A stretch of 64,000 nt of DNA from contig JAPDFW010000119.1 of the NCBI GenBank assembly GCA_028826165.1, forward strand, positions 1-64,000, written 5' to 3'. The DNA is from Anaeramoeba ignava BMAN (lineage: Eukaryota; Protista; Anaeramoebae). A program made the translations under genes and the position numbers. The notes beneath the pieces are model-generated. The model had not been told where the DNA came from and did not search any database. It saw only the letters and a list, made by a program, of their open reading frames with translations. Positions 54,579 through 64,000 of this stretch are shown here, one piece after another. Position 1 is the first letter of the stretch. Every line of letters starts with the position of its first letter.

Positions 54579-55877
54579 ATGACAACAAAGGAATTTAAAG
54601 ATGAAGATAAATCATCAGAAAATTATGAAGAGAATCAAGGAATAACAGGAGAAGATCAAGACTTTGCAAAATTAAAACGGAACGATTTAAAAACAAACAA
54701 AATAAGCCTTCGATTCACGCCGAACTTGGAAAACTATAAGGGATTAGATAGCTTAGTTTTTGCATTAAGTTATAATTCATGGAAACTTGTGACAACTGAT
54801 TATCAACAAGAAAAAGAAAAAGAAAAAAAAGAAAAAGAAAAAACTAACGTCAAAAAAGTTGACAGCCAAAATAATAATAATAATAATAATGATGAACTTG
54901 AAATTGAGAAGGATGACCAAGATAATAAAGAAAAGCAAAAAAGTTCCGAAAATGATCCTGAAAAACAAAACAAAATTCAAGTTGAAGAAGTTTCTGTTCG
55001 CGCAATTATTGCCCAAAGATATCAATTCACAACAAAACACCAAGAAAGAGCGTTACAAAACGCGCGATCCAAAAAAACCGTTTTTAGCACAACACTTGAA
55101 AAAAATGAAATGAAACAAGAAATCCTCATTGAATTATCCGTAGATACTGTCAGATTAATGGTGAAAAAAAAAGTCGTTGAAAAAGTTCTTTTACATGAAA
55201 TCATCTTCCAATATGTCGATGTCAAACCGACAGTGATGCACATTATAATCCAAAGAAAAAATAACAAAAGCGAATTGACAGTTTCTTTTGCTGACGTTTC
55301 GACACGTGATACTTTTATTGAAACCGTTGCGATTTTGATGAAGCAATTTCTTCGTTCAATCGGAGCAGAAACAAAAATGCAAAAAGAAGGTCATCTTTTG
55401 GGCGGCAGTTATTTTCAAGGGGATCTTAAAAAGCAACCCAAAGCGGATGAAGAAGTAATCCGTTCCATTGTGGGTCAAAAGAAGGCAAAATTTCACGTCA
55501 TTTTAAAACATAATAACGCCAACAGACCCGCTTTTATTCGTTTTACTTATGATGATATTTCTTTTGGTGTCGAAAACACTACGATTCTTAAATTCCCTTA
55601 TAATCACTGCAATATCAACCAAAATGAGTCAAATCCTCTCACTTTTGTTTTGAGAGTCAAAAATCAACGGCCTGTTGAACTTATGGCTAAAAATACGAAC
55701 CAAAAAGACTTGATTCTTCATACTTTCAATTATTTCCAAGAAATCGGTTTAAAGGTTTCTCTTTCAGGTGGTTTGACAACTGGTTTTGGTGTTTATTCAA
55801 ATTTGAATTATGGTTATGAAACCGATTTCTTTGATTCTTTTGCTGATACTCGACTTGAAAAAGAATTTACTTTTTAA
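54579..55877 (+). CDS. Uncharacterised 432-aa protein, possibly two PH-like domains; intronless, GC/CpG-rich
   Basis: Long ORF. Two segments show a beta-strand pattern ending in a helix (ELTVSFADVSTRDTFIETV; PVELMAKNTNQKDLILHTF). The fold call is tentative. Confidence 0.75.
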   Translation: MTTKEFKDEDKSSENYEENQGITGEDQDFAKLKRNDLKTNKISLRFTPNLENYKGLDSLVFALSYNSWKLVTTDYQQEKEKEKKEKEKTNVKKVDSQNNNNNNNDELEIEKDDQDNKEKQKSSENDPEKQNKIQVEEVSVRAIIAQRYQFTTKHQERALQNARSKKTVFSTTLEKNEMKQEILIELSVDTVRLMVKKKVVEKVLLHEIIFQYVDVKPTVMHIIIQRKNNKSELTVSFADVSTRDTFIETVAILMKQFLRSIGAETKMQKEGHLLGGSYFQGDLKKQPKADEEVIRSIVGQKKAKFHVILKHNNANRPAFIRFTYDDISFGVENTTILKFPYNHCNINQNESNPLTFVLRVKNQRPVELMAKNTNQKDLILHTFNYFQEIGLKVSLSGGLTTGFGVYSNLNYGYETDFFDSFADTRLEKEFTF

Positions 55878-55989
55878 TCTTTACTTTTTTCTATTCTTTT
55901 TTCTTTTGAATTCTTTCTTCTTTTTCTTTTCAATTAATAAAAAACAAAACAAAACAAAACAAAACAACTTTGATAATATTATTTTAATT

Positions 55990-58525
55990 AAATATAAATT
56001 GTTAATAAATGAATAAATCTTAAAGTTTTTATTATTATCTTTTAATATTTATTAATTAATTATTGAAATATTTATTAATAAATTATTTTAAAAAAAATAA
56101 TCCAAAAAATTAAATATTTTAATTAATTATTTTATTTAAATACTTTAAAATTAATTTAATTAATTTAAAAGTTATAAATTATTAATAAATGAATAGATCT
56201 TAAAGTTTTTATTATTATCTTTTAATATTTATTAATAAATTATTGAAATATTTATTAATAAATTATTTTAAAAAAAATAATCCAAAAAATTGATTATTTT
56301 AATTAATTATTTTATTTAAATTTTTAAAATTAATTTAATTAATATAAAAGTTATAAATTATTAATAAATGAATAGATATCTTAAAGTTTTTATTATTATC
56401 TTTTAATATTTATTTATTAATTAATTAATTATTGAAATATTTATTAATAAATTATTTTAAAAAAATAATCCAAAAATTAAATATTTTAATTAAATATTTT
56501 ATTTAAATATTTAAAATAAATTTAATTAATATAAAAGTTATAAATTATTAATAAATGAATAGATATTAAAGTTTTTATTATTATCTTTTAATATTTATTA
56601 ATTAATTATTGAAATATTTATTAATAAATTATTTTAAAAAAAATAATCCAAAAATTGAATATTTTAATTAATTATTTTATTTAAATATTTAAAATTAATT
56701 TAATTAATATAAAAGTTATAAATTGTTAATAAATGAATAGATCTTAAAGTTTTTATTGTTCTTGTTTTTAATATTTATTAATTAATTATTGAAATATTTA
56801 TTAATAAATTATTTTTAAAAAAATAATCCAAAAATTAAATATTTTATTTAAATTTTTAAAATAAATTTAATTAATATAAAAGTTATAAATTATTAATAAA
56901 TGAATAGATCTTAAAGTTTTTATTATTATCTTTTTAATATTTATTAATTAATTATTGAAATATTTATTAATAAATTATTTTAAAAAAATAATCCAAAAAT
57001 TGAATATTTTAATTAATTATTTTATTTAAATATTTAAAATAAATTTAATTAATATAAAAGTTATAAATTATTAATAAATGAATAGATCTTTAAAGTTTTT
57101 TTTATTATTATCTTTTTAATATTTATTAATTAATTATTGAAATATTTATTAATAAATTATTTTTAAAAAAATAATCCAAAAAATTAAATTATTTTATTTA
57201 AATATTTAAAATTAATTTAATTAATATAAAAGTTATAAATTATTAATAAATGAATAGATCTTTAAAGTTTTTATTATTATCTTTTTTTTATATTTATTAA
57301 TTAATTATTGAAATATTTATTAATAAATTATTTTAAAAATAATCCAAAAATTGAATATTTTAATTAATTATTTTATTTAAATTTTTAAAATAAATTTAAT
57401 TAATATAAAAGTTATAAATTATTAATAAATGAATAGATCTTAAAAGTTTTTATTATTATTACTTAATATTTATTAATTAATTTTTGAAATATTTATTAAT
57501 AAATTATTTTAAAAATAATCCAAAAATTGAATATTTTAATTAATTATTTTATTTAAATTTTTAAAATTAATTTAATTAATTTAAAAGTTATAAATTGTTA
57601 ATAAATGAATAGATCTTAAAGTTTTTATTATTATCTTTTAATATTTATTAATTAATTATTGAAATATTTATTAATAAATTATTTTAAAAATAATCCAAAA
57701 ATTGATTATTTTAATTAATTATTTTATTTAAATTTTTAAAATTAATTTAATTAATATAAAAGTTATGAATTATTAATAAATGAATAGATCTTAAAATTTT
57801 TATTGTTATTATTTTTTAATATTTATTAATTAATTATTGAAATATTTATTAATAAATTATTTTAAAAATAATCCAAAAATTGAATATTTTAATTGATTAT
57901 TTTATTTAAATTTTTAAAATTAATTTAATTAATATAAAAGTTATAAATTATTAATAAATGAATAGATCTTAAAGTTTTTATTATTATTGTTTTAATATTT
58001 ATTAATTAATTTTTGAAATATTTATTAATAAATTATTTTAAAAATAATCCAAAAAATTCAGATTATTTTAATTAATTATTTTATTTAAATTTTTAAAATA
58101 AATTTAATTAATATAAAAGTTATAAATTATTAATAAATGAATATATCTTAAAAGTTTTTATTGTTCTTGTTTTAATATTTATTAATTAATTATTGAAATA
58201 TTTATTAATAAATTATTTTAAAAATAATCCAAAAATTGAATATTTTAATTAATTATTTTATTTAAATTTTTAAAATTAATTTAATTAATATAAAAGTTAT
58301 AAATTATTAATAAATGAATAGATCTTAAAGTTTTTATTATTATCTTTTAATATTTATTAATTAATTATTGAAATATTTATTAATAAATTATTTTAAAAAA
58401 AATAATCCAAAAAATTGATTATTTTAATTAATTATTTTATTTAAATTTTTAAAATAAATTTAATTAATTTAAAAGTTATAAATTATTAATAAATGAATAG
58501 ATCTTAAAGTTTTTATTGTTCTTGT
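55990..58525. repeat. Tandem satellite, ~178-bp unit, ~14 copies
   Basis: Landmarks AAATGAATAGATCTTAAAGTTTT, AATAATCCAAAAA and AAAAGTTATAAATT recur every ~170-185 nt. Confidence 0.95.
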
Positions 58526-58729
58526 TTTTTTTTTGAACAATTTACCATTTTCCTTTTTTGATTTATTTTTTTTTGATTATTTGCTATTTTTACACGTGCT
58601 TAGATCAAATTAATATAGCAAAAGGAAAATGGATTTAAAAAGAAAACCTTCCAAAAAAAAAAATATTTTTCATTTCTTTTCAAATCAATTTTTTTTTGAT
58701 TTATTTTTTAAAATTTTTAAAACAACAAA

Positions 58730-59137
58730 ATGAATAATCAATTAATTCTTTTAGTTTTTCTATTCTCACTTGCATTTGCATCTCAAAAATCATTGGATAT
58801 GGCAGTTTATAACGGAACAGATTGTGCAGGACAATATCAATGGAGACATAGATATCAAACAAGAGAAAGACAACAAGGACAAGATGGCGGGAATTTTGAA
58901 ATAAAAGGAGGAAACCAAAAACAATGGGCTTGGCAATATTGCTATTCTTCTGATAATTGCACAACTATTTTGGAATTGAATGAAAACGAATGTCATAATA
59001 TTACAGAAATTGAAGTTACTTCTGGACAACAAAAATTTATGGATTGGGAAGGTCAATCTTTTGAATTAACTTCTTCTGCAACTCAAACCATTTTTGGATT
59101 TATGCTTCTTCTTTTATTAAACTTTTTCATTTTCTAA
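58730..59137 (+). CDS. Small secreted, probably GPI-anchored surface protein (135 aa)
   Basis: Signal peptide MNNQLILLVFLFSLAFA-SQ, four Cys, and TSSA followed by a hydrophobic C-terminal tail (IFGFMLLLLLNFFIF). Confidence 0.75.
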   Translation: MNNQLILLVFLFSLAFASQKSLDMAVYNGTDCAGQYQWRHRYQTRERQQGQDGGNFEIKGGNQKQWAWQYCYSSDNCTTILELNENECHNITEIEVTSGQQKFMDWEGQSFELTSSATQTIFGFMLLLLLNFFIF

Positions 59138-59196
59138 ACTTTATTTTGAAAAAATTCAAAAATAAAAAATTTTTCATTTCAATTTTCATTTCATTT

Positions 59197-60243
59197 TCAT
59201 TTCATTTTCATTTCTTCTGCAAATTTTTCAAATTCTAAAATCTTATTTTGTATAAATTTTTCTTCTTCTTCTGGATTTCTTTCAAACCATAATTTATATT
59301 CTTGGAAAATAATCAAAAAATCAATCAGTTCAAAAATTTTTTCTCTTTCTTCAAATCCTTTTGGTTTTTGAATTCCTTTTTGGATTAATTCTGCAAAGAA
59401 AAAATCACTCAACTCTGAATCAGGAAGAATTTGTTTTGTGATAAGATGTGATCTCAAGTCATCATCTTCAATACAAGAACCGCTCCATTCCCAATCCAAA
59501 AAAGCCGTTATTTGGATATTTTTTGGATCAATCAAAATATTATCAACAGTTAAATCTGCATGAGTAAAAACAAATTGATCTTTATATTCAACTTTTGGAA
59601 GAATTTCTTCAGCGAATTTCTCCAAATAAGGAATAAAGTGTGCTAATTTTTGTTCTTCCAAAATAAAATGTTTGCCAACCTCGATTCGAGCTCGTAAATA
59701 GTCTTGGTAAGTATTAAAAGGCCCTTTTCCAAGATCAATAACTTTTGTCAAATTTAAATTTCCATTTCGATCAAGTTGAAAAGATCCTATTTGATCAAAA
59801 GTGAATTTTCTTAATTCAACCAAAAAATCTACAATTTGGATCAACACTGTTTTTTTTTGTTCTTTTGTTAAAGATTTCCAAATGCTTTCAAGAAGAACTC
59901 CTTCTTTTTTTTCTAAAATCATGTATTCAAACCCAAAAGCAGAATTTGGATCTGAAGAAAATGCCAAAATTTTTGGAATCGTAATTGTTGATTTTTCATT
60001 AAGAAATTTGTGGATTGCAACTTCATTTTCTGTTTTGATTCTTTTCCAAATTTTTCCAGGAGTTCGAATTCTTAAAACAAATTCCTTTTCACAAGAAGTT
60101 TTTATTAAATAAACAAAATTAAGAACACCTGTATTAAATCTTATCAATTCTGTACATTTGACTGATGAATCTATTAATTTTTCTTCAAGTAATAATTTCT
60201 CAACTTCTTTTATTGAGATGGAAACTTTTGGTCTTCCAGACAT
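59197..60243 (-). CDS. Aminoglycoside phosphotransferase/choline kinase-family (APH-like) phosphotransferase
   Basis: GVLNFVY, VLRI, ENEVA, PKILA, Brenner motif HADLTVDNILI, LDWEWS; intronless. Confidence 0.88.
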   Translation of the reverse strand: MSGRPKVSISIKEVEKLLLEEKLIDSSVKCTELIRFNTGVLNFVYLIKTSCEKEFVLRIRTPGKIWKRIKTENEVAIHKFLNEKSTITIPKILAFSSDPNSAFGFEYMILEKKEGVLLESIWKSLTKEQKKTVLIQIVDFLVELRKFTFDQIGSFQLDRNGNLNLTKVIDLGKGPFNTYQDYLRARIEVGKHFILEEQKLAHFIPYLEKFAEEILPKVEYKDQFVFTHADLTVDNILIDPKNIQITAFLDWEWSGSCIEDDDLRSHLITKQILPDSELSDFFFAELIQKGIQKPKGFEEREKIFELIDFLIIFQEYKLWFERNPEEEEKFIQNKILEFEKFAEEMKMK

Positions 60244-60312
60244 TTTTATCCAAATGAAAAATGAAAAATGAAAAATTCAAAAAATCATTTTTTCATTTTT
60301 TTCTTTTCAAAA
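60244..60312. promoter_or_regulatory. 69-bp bidirectional promoter candidate with TCATTTT motifs pointing both ways
   Basis: AAATGAAAAATGAAAAATGAAAAA (minus-strand TCATTT repeats) before the APH ATG, and TCATTTTTTCATTTTTT before the RCC1-BTB ATG. Confidence 0.55.
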
Positions 60313-62112
60313 ATGAATGAAATTTTATTTTTTGGTTTAAATCAATCACCAAAACTTTTCAAAAATAAATCAAATAAAATAATAAAACCAATTCAATTTA
60401 AATTTGAAAATGAAAATGAAAATGAAAATGAAAATGAAAATGAAAATGAAAATGAAAATGAAAATGAAAATGAAAAACAAATTAAACAAATTTCATCAGG
60501 AAGTTATTCAACAATTTTCCTTTTTAAAAATGGAAAAGCAATAGAATATTTAAATGAAAAAAATTTAAATGAAAATATTCAAAAAATCCAAATTGAAAAT
60601 ATTCAAAAAGTAACTGTTGGTAATGAAAATGAAGCTATTTTAACAAAAGAAGGAAATGTATTTGCCAAAGGAAGAAATATTAATCCAAAAAATACAAAAG
60701 AATTTATCAATATTTCATCATTAATTGAAGATACAAATGATAGAATAATTCAAGATATTGTTTCTGGATATAATTCAATTTACTTATTAACTTCAAATCA
60801 TAATGTTTATGGAATTGGTGATAATTATTTATCTCAACTTGGTTTTGATTATATAACACTTAAAGAAACAGAAAAACCAATTTTAATGATGAAAAATGTT
60901 TCTAAAATATTTTCAGGAAATTTTTCAAATCATATTTTTCTTTTAAATTCAAATCAAGAATTATTTGGATGTGGTGATAATTCATTTGGTCAACTTGGAT
61001 TAGGAGAATCAAGAAGAGAAACAAAAATTCAAAAATTAATCAAAATACAAAATATTCCAAAAGGTAAAATAATTGATATTCAATGCTCTCATGGCCATAC
61101 AATAATGATGATTGCAAATGATAATGGGAAAAGAAAAGTTTATTCAAGTGGAAATTGGCAATATAATGGACTTGGCAAGTATATTGAAGATACTTATAAA
61201 TTTACTGAAATCAAATCATATTTATTTAGAAATGATGATATTCTTGATTTTTCTGTTGGGCAATATCATACTTTGATTTTAACATCAAATGGAAAACTGA
61301 TAGGATTTGGGAATAATGTATTTGGTCAATTAGGAACTGGAGATACAGAAAACCAAAAAATTCCCATTCAAATTAAACTTCCTAAATTAAGATTTAATGA
61401 AGATATTTCTAATTATCATATTTATTGTGGATATTTCAGATCATTTCTTTATTATTCTCCTCCTTCTTTTTCCAATCTTGAAGAAGATTTGATAAAACTA
61501 TTTGGAAGAAAAGAATTTTGTGATATTTCATTTAAAACCAAAAATGGAGAAATAATTGAAGCTCATAAATTAATATTGAAATATAGATTAAATCAAAATG
61601 AAAATCAATTTGAAAAACTTAAAGAAATTATTTCAAAAAAATCAATTAAAGAATCAAATCAAATATTTGAAATGATTTATTCAAATAATTCCAAAATAAA
61701 TCCAATATTATATTCTGAAATTAAAGAAATTATAAATTCCAATGAAAAAATTGAAGAAACAATGAAAAGAATTTATTTAAATGAAAATGAAAATGAAAAA
61801 GATTTTATAATTGAAAGAAAAGAAAAACAATATAAATTTCCAAAATTAATATTAATAATGAGAAGTGAATTATATCGAGGAATGTTTTTATCTGTTACTG
61901 AAGATAAATCTAATAAAGTTACAGATTATAGTGAATTAAATAATAAATCATTTCAAATATTTGAATATTGGATTTATTCAAATCAAATTAAAGATGGAAT
62001 TGAAATTACACAAGAAATAATTAATGAAATTGAAATTGGAATTGATTATTTTCAATTAAATCAAACAAATCCAAATTTATTTGATTTATTAATTAACAAA
62101 TTTAAAAATTAA
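60313..62112 (+). CDS. RCC1-repeat + double BTB-like protein, copy D
   Basis: Intact ORF from MNEILFFG with the same motifs. Confidence 0.92.
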   Translation: MNEILFFGLNQSPKLFKNKSNKIIKPIQFKFENENENENENENENENENENENEKQIKQISSGSYSTIFLFKNGKAIEYLNEKNLNENIQKIQIENIQKVTVGNENEAILTKEGNVFAKGRNINPKNTKEFINISSLIEDTNDRIIQDIVSGYNSIYLLTSNHNVYGIGDNYLSQLGFDYITLKETEKPILMMKNVSKIFSGNFSNHIFLLNSNQELFGCGDNSFGQLGLGESRRETKIQKLIKIQNIPKGKIIDIQCSHGHTIMMIANDNGKRKVYSSGNWQYNGLGKYIEDTYKFTEIKSYLFRNDDILDFSVGQYHTLILTSNGKLIGFGNNVFGQLGTGDTENQKIPIQIKLPKLRFNEDISNYHIYCGYFRSFLYYSPPSFSNLEEDLIKLFGRKEFCDISFKTKNGEIIEAHKLILKYRLNQNENQFEKLKEIISKKSIKESNQIFEMIYSNNSKINPILYSEIKEIINSNEKIEETMKRIYLNENENEKDFIIERKEKQYKFPKLILIMRSELYRGMFLSVTEDKSNKVTDYSELNNKSFQIFEYWIYSNQIKDGIEITQEIINEIEIGIDYFQLNQTNPNLFDLLINKFKN

Positions 62113-62357
62113 ATTTAAATTTAAAATTCATTTTGAGATTAAAATTAAAATCAAAATCAAAATTAAAATTAAAATTAAAATTAAAATTAAAATCAAAATT
62201 TAAAATTAAAATTAAAAATTAAAATAAAAATAAAATTAAAAACAAAATTAAAATTAAAATTAAAATTAAAATCAAAATTAAAATTAAAATCAAAATTAAA
62301 ATTAAAATTAAAATTAAAGTTCCAAAAATTATTTTTTCATTTTTTTTCTTTTCAAAA

Positions 62358-64000
62358 ATGAATGAAATTTTATTTTTTGGTTGGAATCAAAACCCAAAAC
62401 TTATCAAAAATGAACCAAAAAAAATAATAAAACCAATTCAATTTAAATTTGAAAATGAAAATGAAAATGAAAATGAAAATGAAAATGAAAATGAAAGTGA
62501 AAAACAAATTAAACAAATTTCAACAGGAGGTTTTGGAACAATTTTCCTTTTTAAAAATGGAAAAGCAATAGAATACTTATCTGTAAATTATTCAAAACAA
62601 AATCCTGAAAAAATCCAAATTGAAAATATTCAAAAAGTAACTGTTGGTGGTCTAAATGAAGCTATTTTAACAAAAGAAGGAAATGTATTTGCCAAAGGAT
62701 GGAATATTAATTCAAATAATCCAAAAGAAATTATCAATATTTCATCATTAATTGAAGATACAAATGATAGAATAATTGAAGATATTGTTTCTGGATCTGA
62801 TTCAATTTACTTATTAACTTCAAATCATAATGCTTATGGATTTGCTGATAATTATAATGGACAACTTGGTTTTGATTATATAACACTTAAAGAAACAGAA
62901 AAACCAATTTTAATGATGAAAAATGTTTCTAAAATATTTTCAGGAAATTCTTCAAAATCTGTTTTCTTTTTAAATTCAAATCAAGAATTATTTGGATGTG
63001 GTGATAATTCATTTGGTCAACTTGGATTAGGAGAATCAAGAATAGAAATAAGAATCCAAAAATTAACCAAAATCCAAAATATTCCTAAAGGCAAAATAAT
63101 TGATATTCAATCTGGATATGCTCATTCAATAATGTTGATTGAAGATGAAAATGAAAATCCAAAAAGAAAACTTTATTCATGTGGAAATTGGCAATATAAT
63201 GGACTTGGCAAAATGTTTCAAAATACTTATGAATTTACTGAAATCAAATCATCTTTATTTTAAAATGGTGATGATATTCTTAATTTTTCTGTTGGAGATC
63301 ATAATTTGATTTTAACTTCCAATTCAAAATTGATAGGATTTGGAGATAATCAATTTGGTCAATTAGGAACTGAAGATACAAAATCTCAATCAATTCCAAT
63401 TCTAATTTTACTTCCTAAATTAAGATTTAATGAAGATATTTCCAATTATCATATTTCTTGTGGTAATCACAGATCATTTCTTTATTATTCTCCTCCTTCT
63501 TTTTCCAATCTTGAAGAAGATTTGATAAAACTATTTGGAAGAAAAGAATTTTGTAATATTTCATTTAAAACAGAAAATGGAGAAAAGATTGAAGCTCATA
63601 AATTAATATTGAAATATAGATTAAATCAAAATGAAAATGAAATTGAAAAACTTCAAGAAATTATTTCAAATAAATCAATTAAAGAATCAAATCAAATATT
63701 TGAAATGATTTATTCAAATAATTCCAAAATAAATCCAAAATTATATTCTGAAATTAAAGAAATTATAAATTCCAATGAAAAAATTGAAGAAACAATGAAA
63801 AGAATTTATTTAAATGAAAATGAAAATGAAAAAGATTTTATAATTGAAAGAAAAGAAAAACAATATAAATTTCCTAAATTAATATTAATAATGAGAAGTG
63901 AATTATATCGAGGAATGTTTTTATCTGTAACTGAAGATAAATCTAATAAAGTTACAGATTATAGTGAATTAAGTAATAAATCATTTCAAATATTTGAATA
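62358..64000 (+). pseudogene. RCC1-BTB copy E with in-frame premature TAA at 63261-63263; runs off the right edge
   Basis: SSLF-TAA-NGDD where copies A-C read SSLF-GAA-ND. The same frame then stays open through the last RCC1 blades and the BTB motifs. Confidence 0.82.

Noticed and set aside
63261-63263. In-frame TAA aligned to Glu as evidence of stop-codon reassignment
   Set aside because: TAA terminates many intact genes here and this is a single instance; a point mutation or sequencing error is simpler

Overview
Very AT-rich, intron-rich eukaryotic (protist) genomic DNA. It is not prokaryotic: most short ORF-track calls are translations of microsatellites, and real genes had to be spliced by hand (GT-AG introns). 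The composition, microsatellite-filled introns and ankyrin-/RCC1-BTB expansions suggest an Anaeramoeba-like anaerobic metamonad. That assignment is inference and was not verified. Housekeeping genes: importin alpha, two tandem FAE1-type 3-ketoacyl-CoA synthases, a NAF-motif (CIPK-like) kinase, proteasome chaperone PAC2, TMEM214-like, U11/U12-35K (SNRNP35, minor spliceosome) and PIG-F. Other genes: an SsnA-like amidohydrolase, an APH-family phosphotransferase, a PAS/coiled-coil protein, a small GPI-anchored protein and two unknowns. The main candidate system is a family of repeat-domain proteins (2 ankyrin, 1 WD40, 5 RCC1). Seven of them show the same C-terminal double-BTB-like module; ankyrin copy 1 runs off the window. 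The recognition domains vary at binding-face positions while the BTB part is conserved, and the WD40 member encodes one propeller blade per phase-0 exon. Other notable points: A-tract (AAG) 3' splice sites, tandem TCATTTT initiator-like motifs, a 9-nt micro-exon, and two GC/CpG-rich intronless genes each next to a nucleosome-length (~143 / ~178 bp) satellite array.
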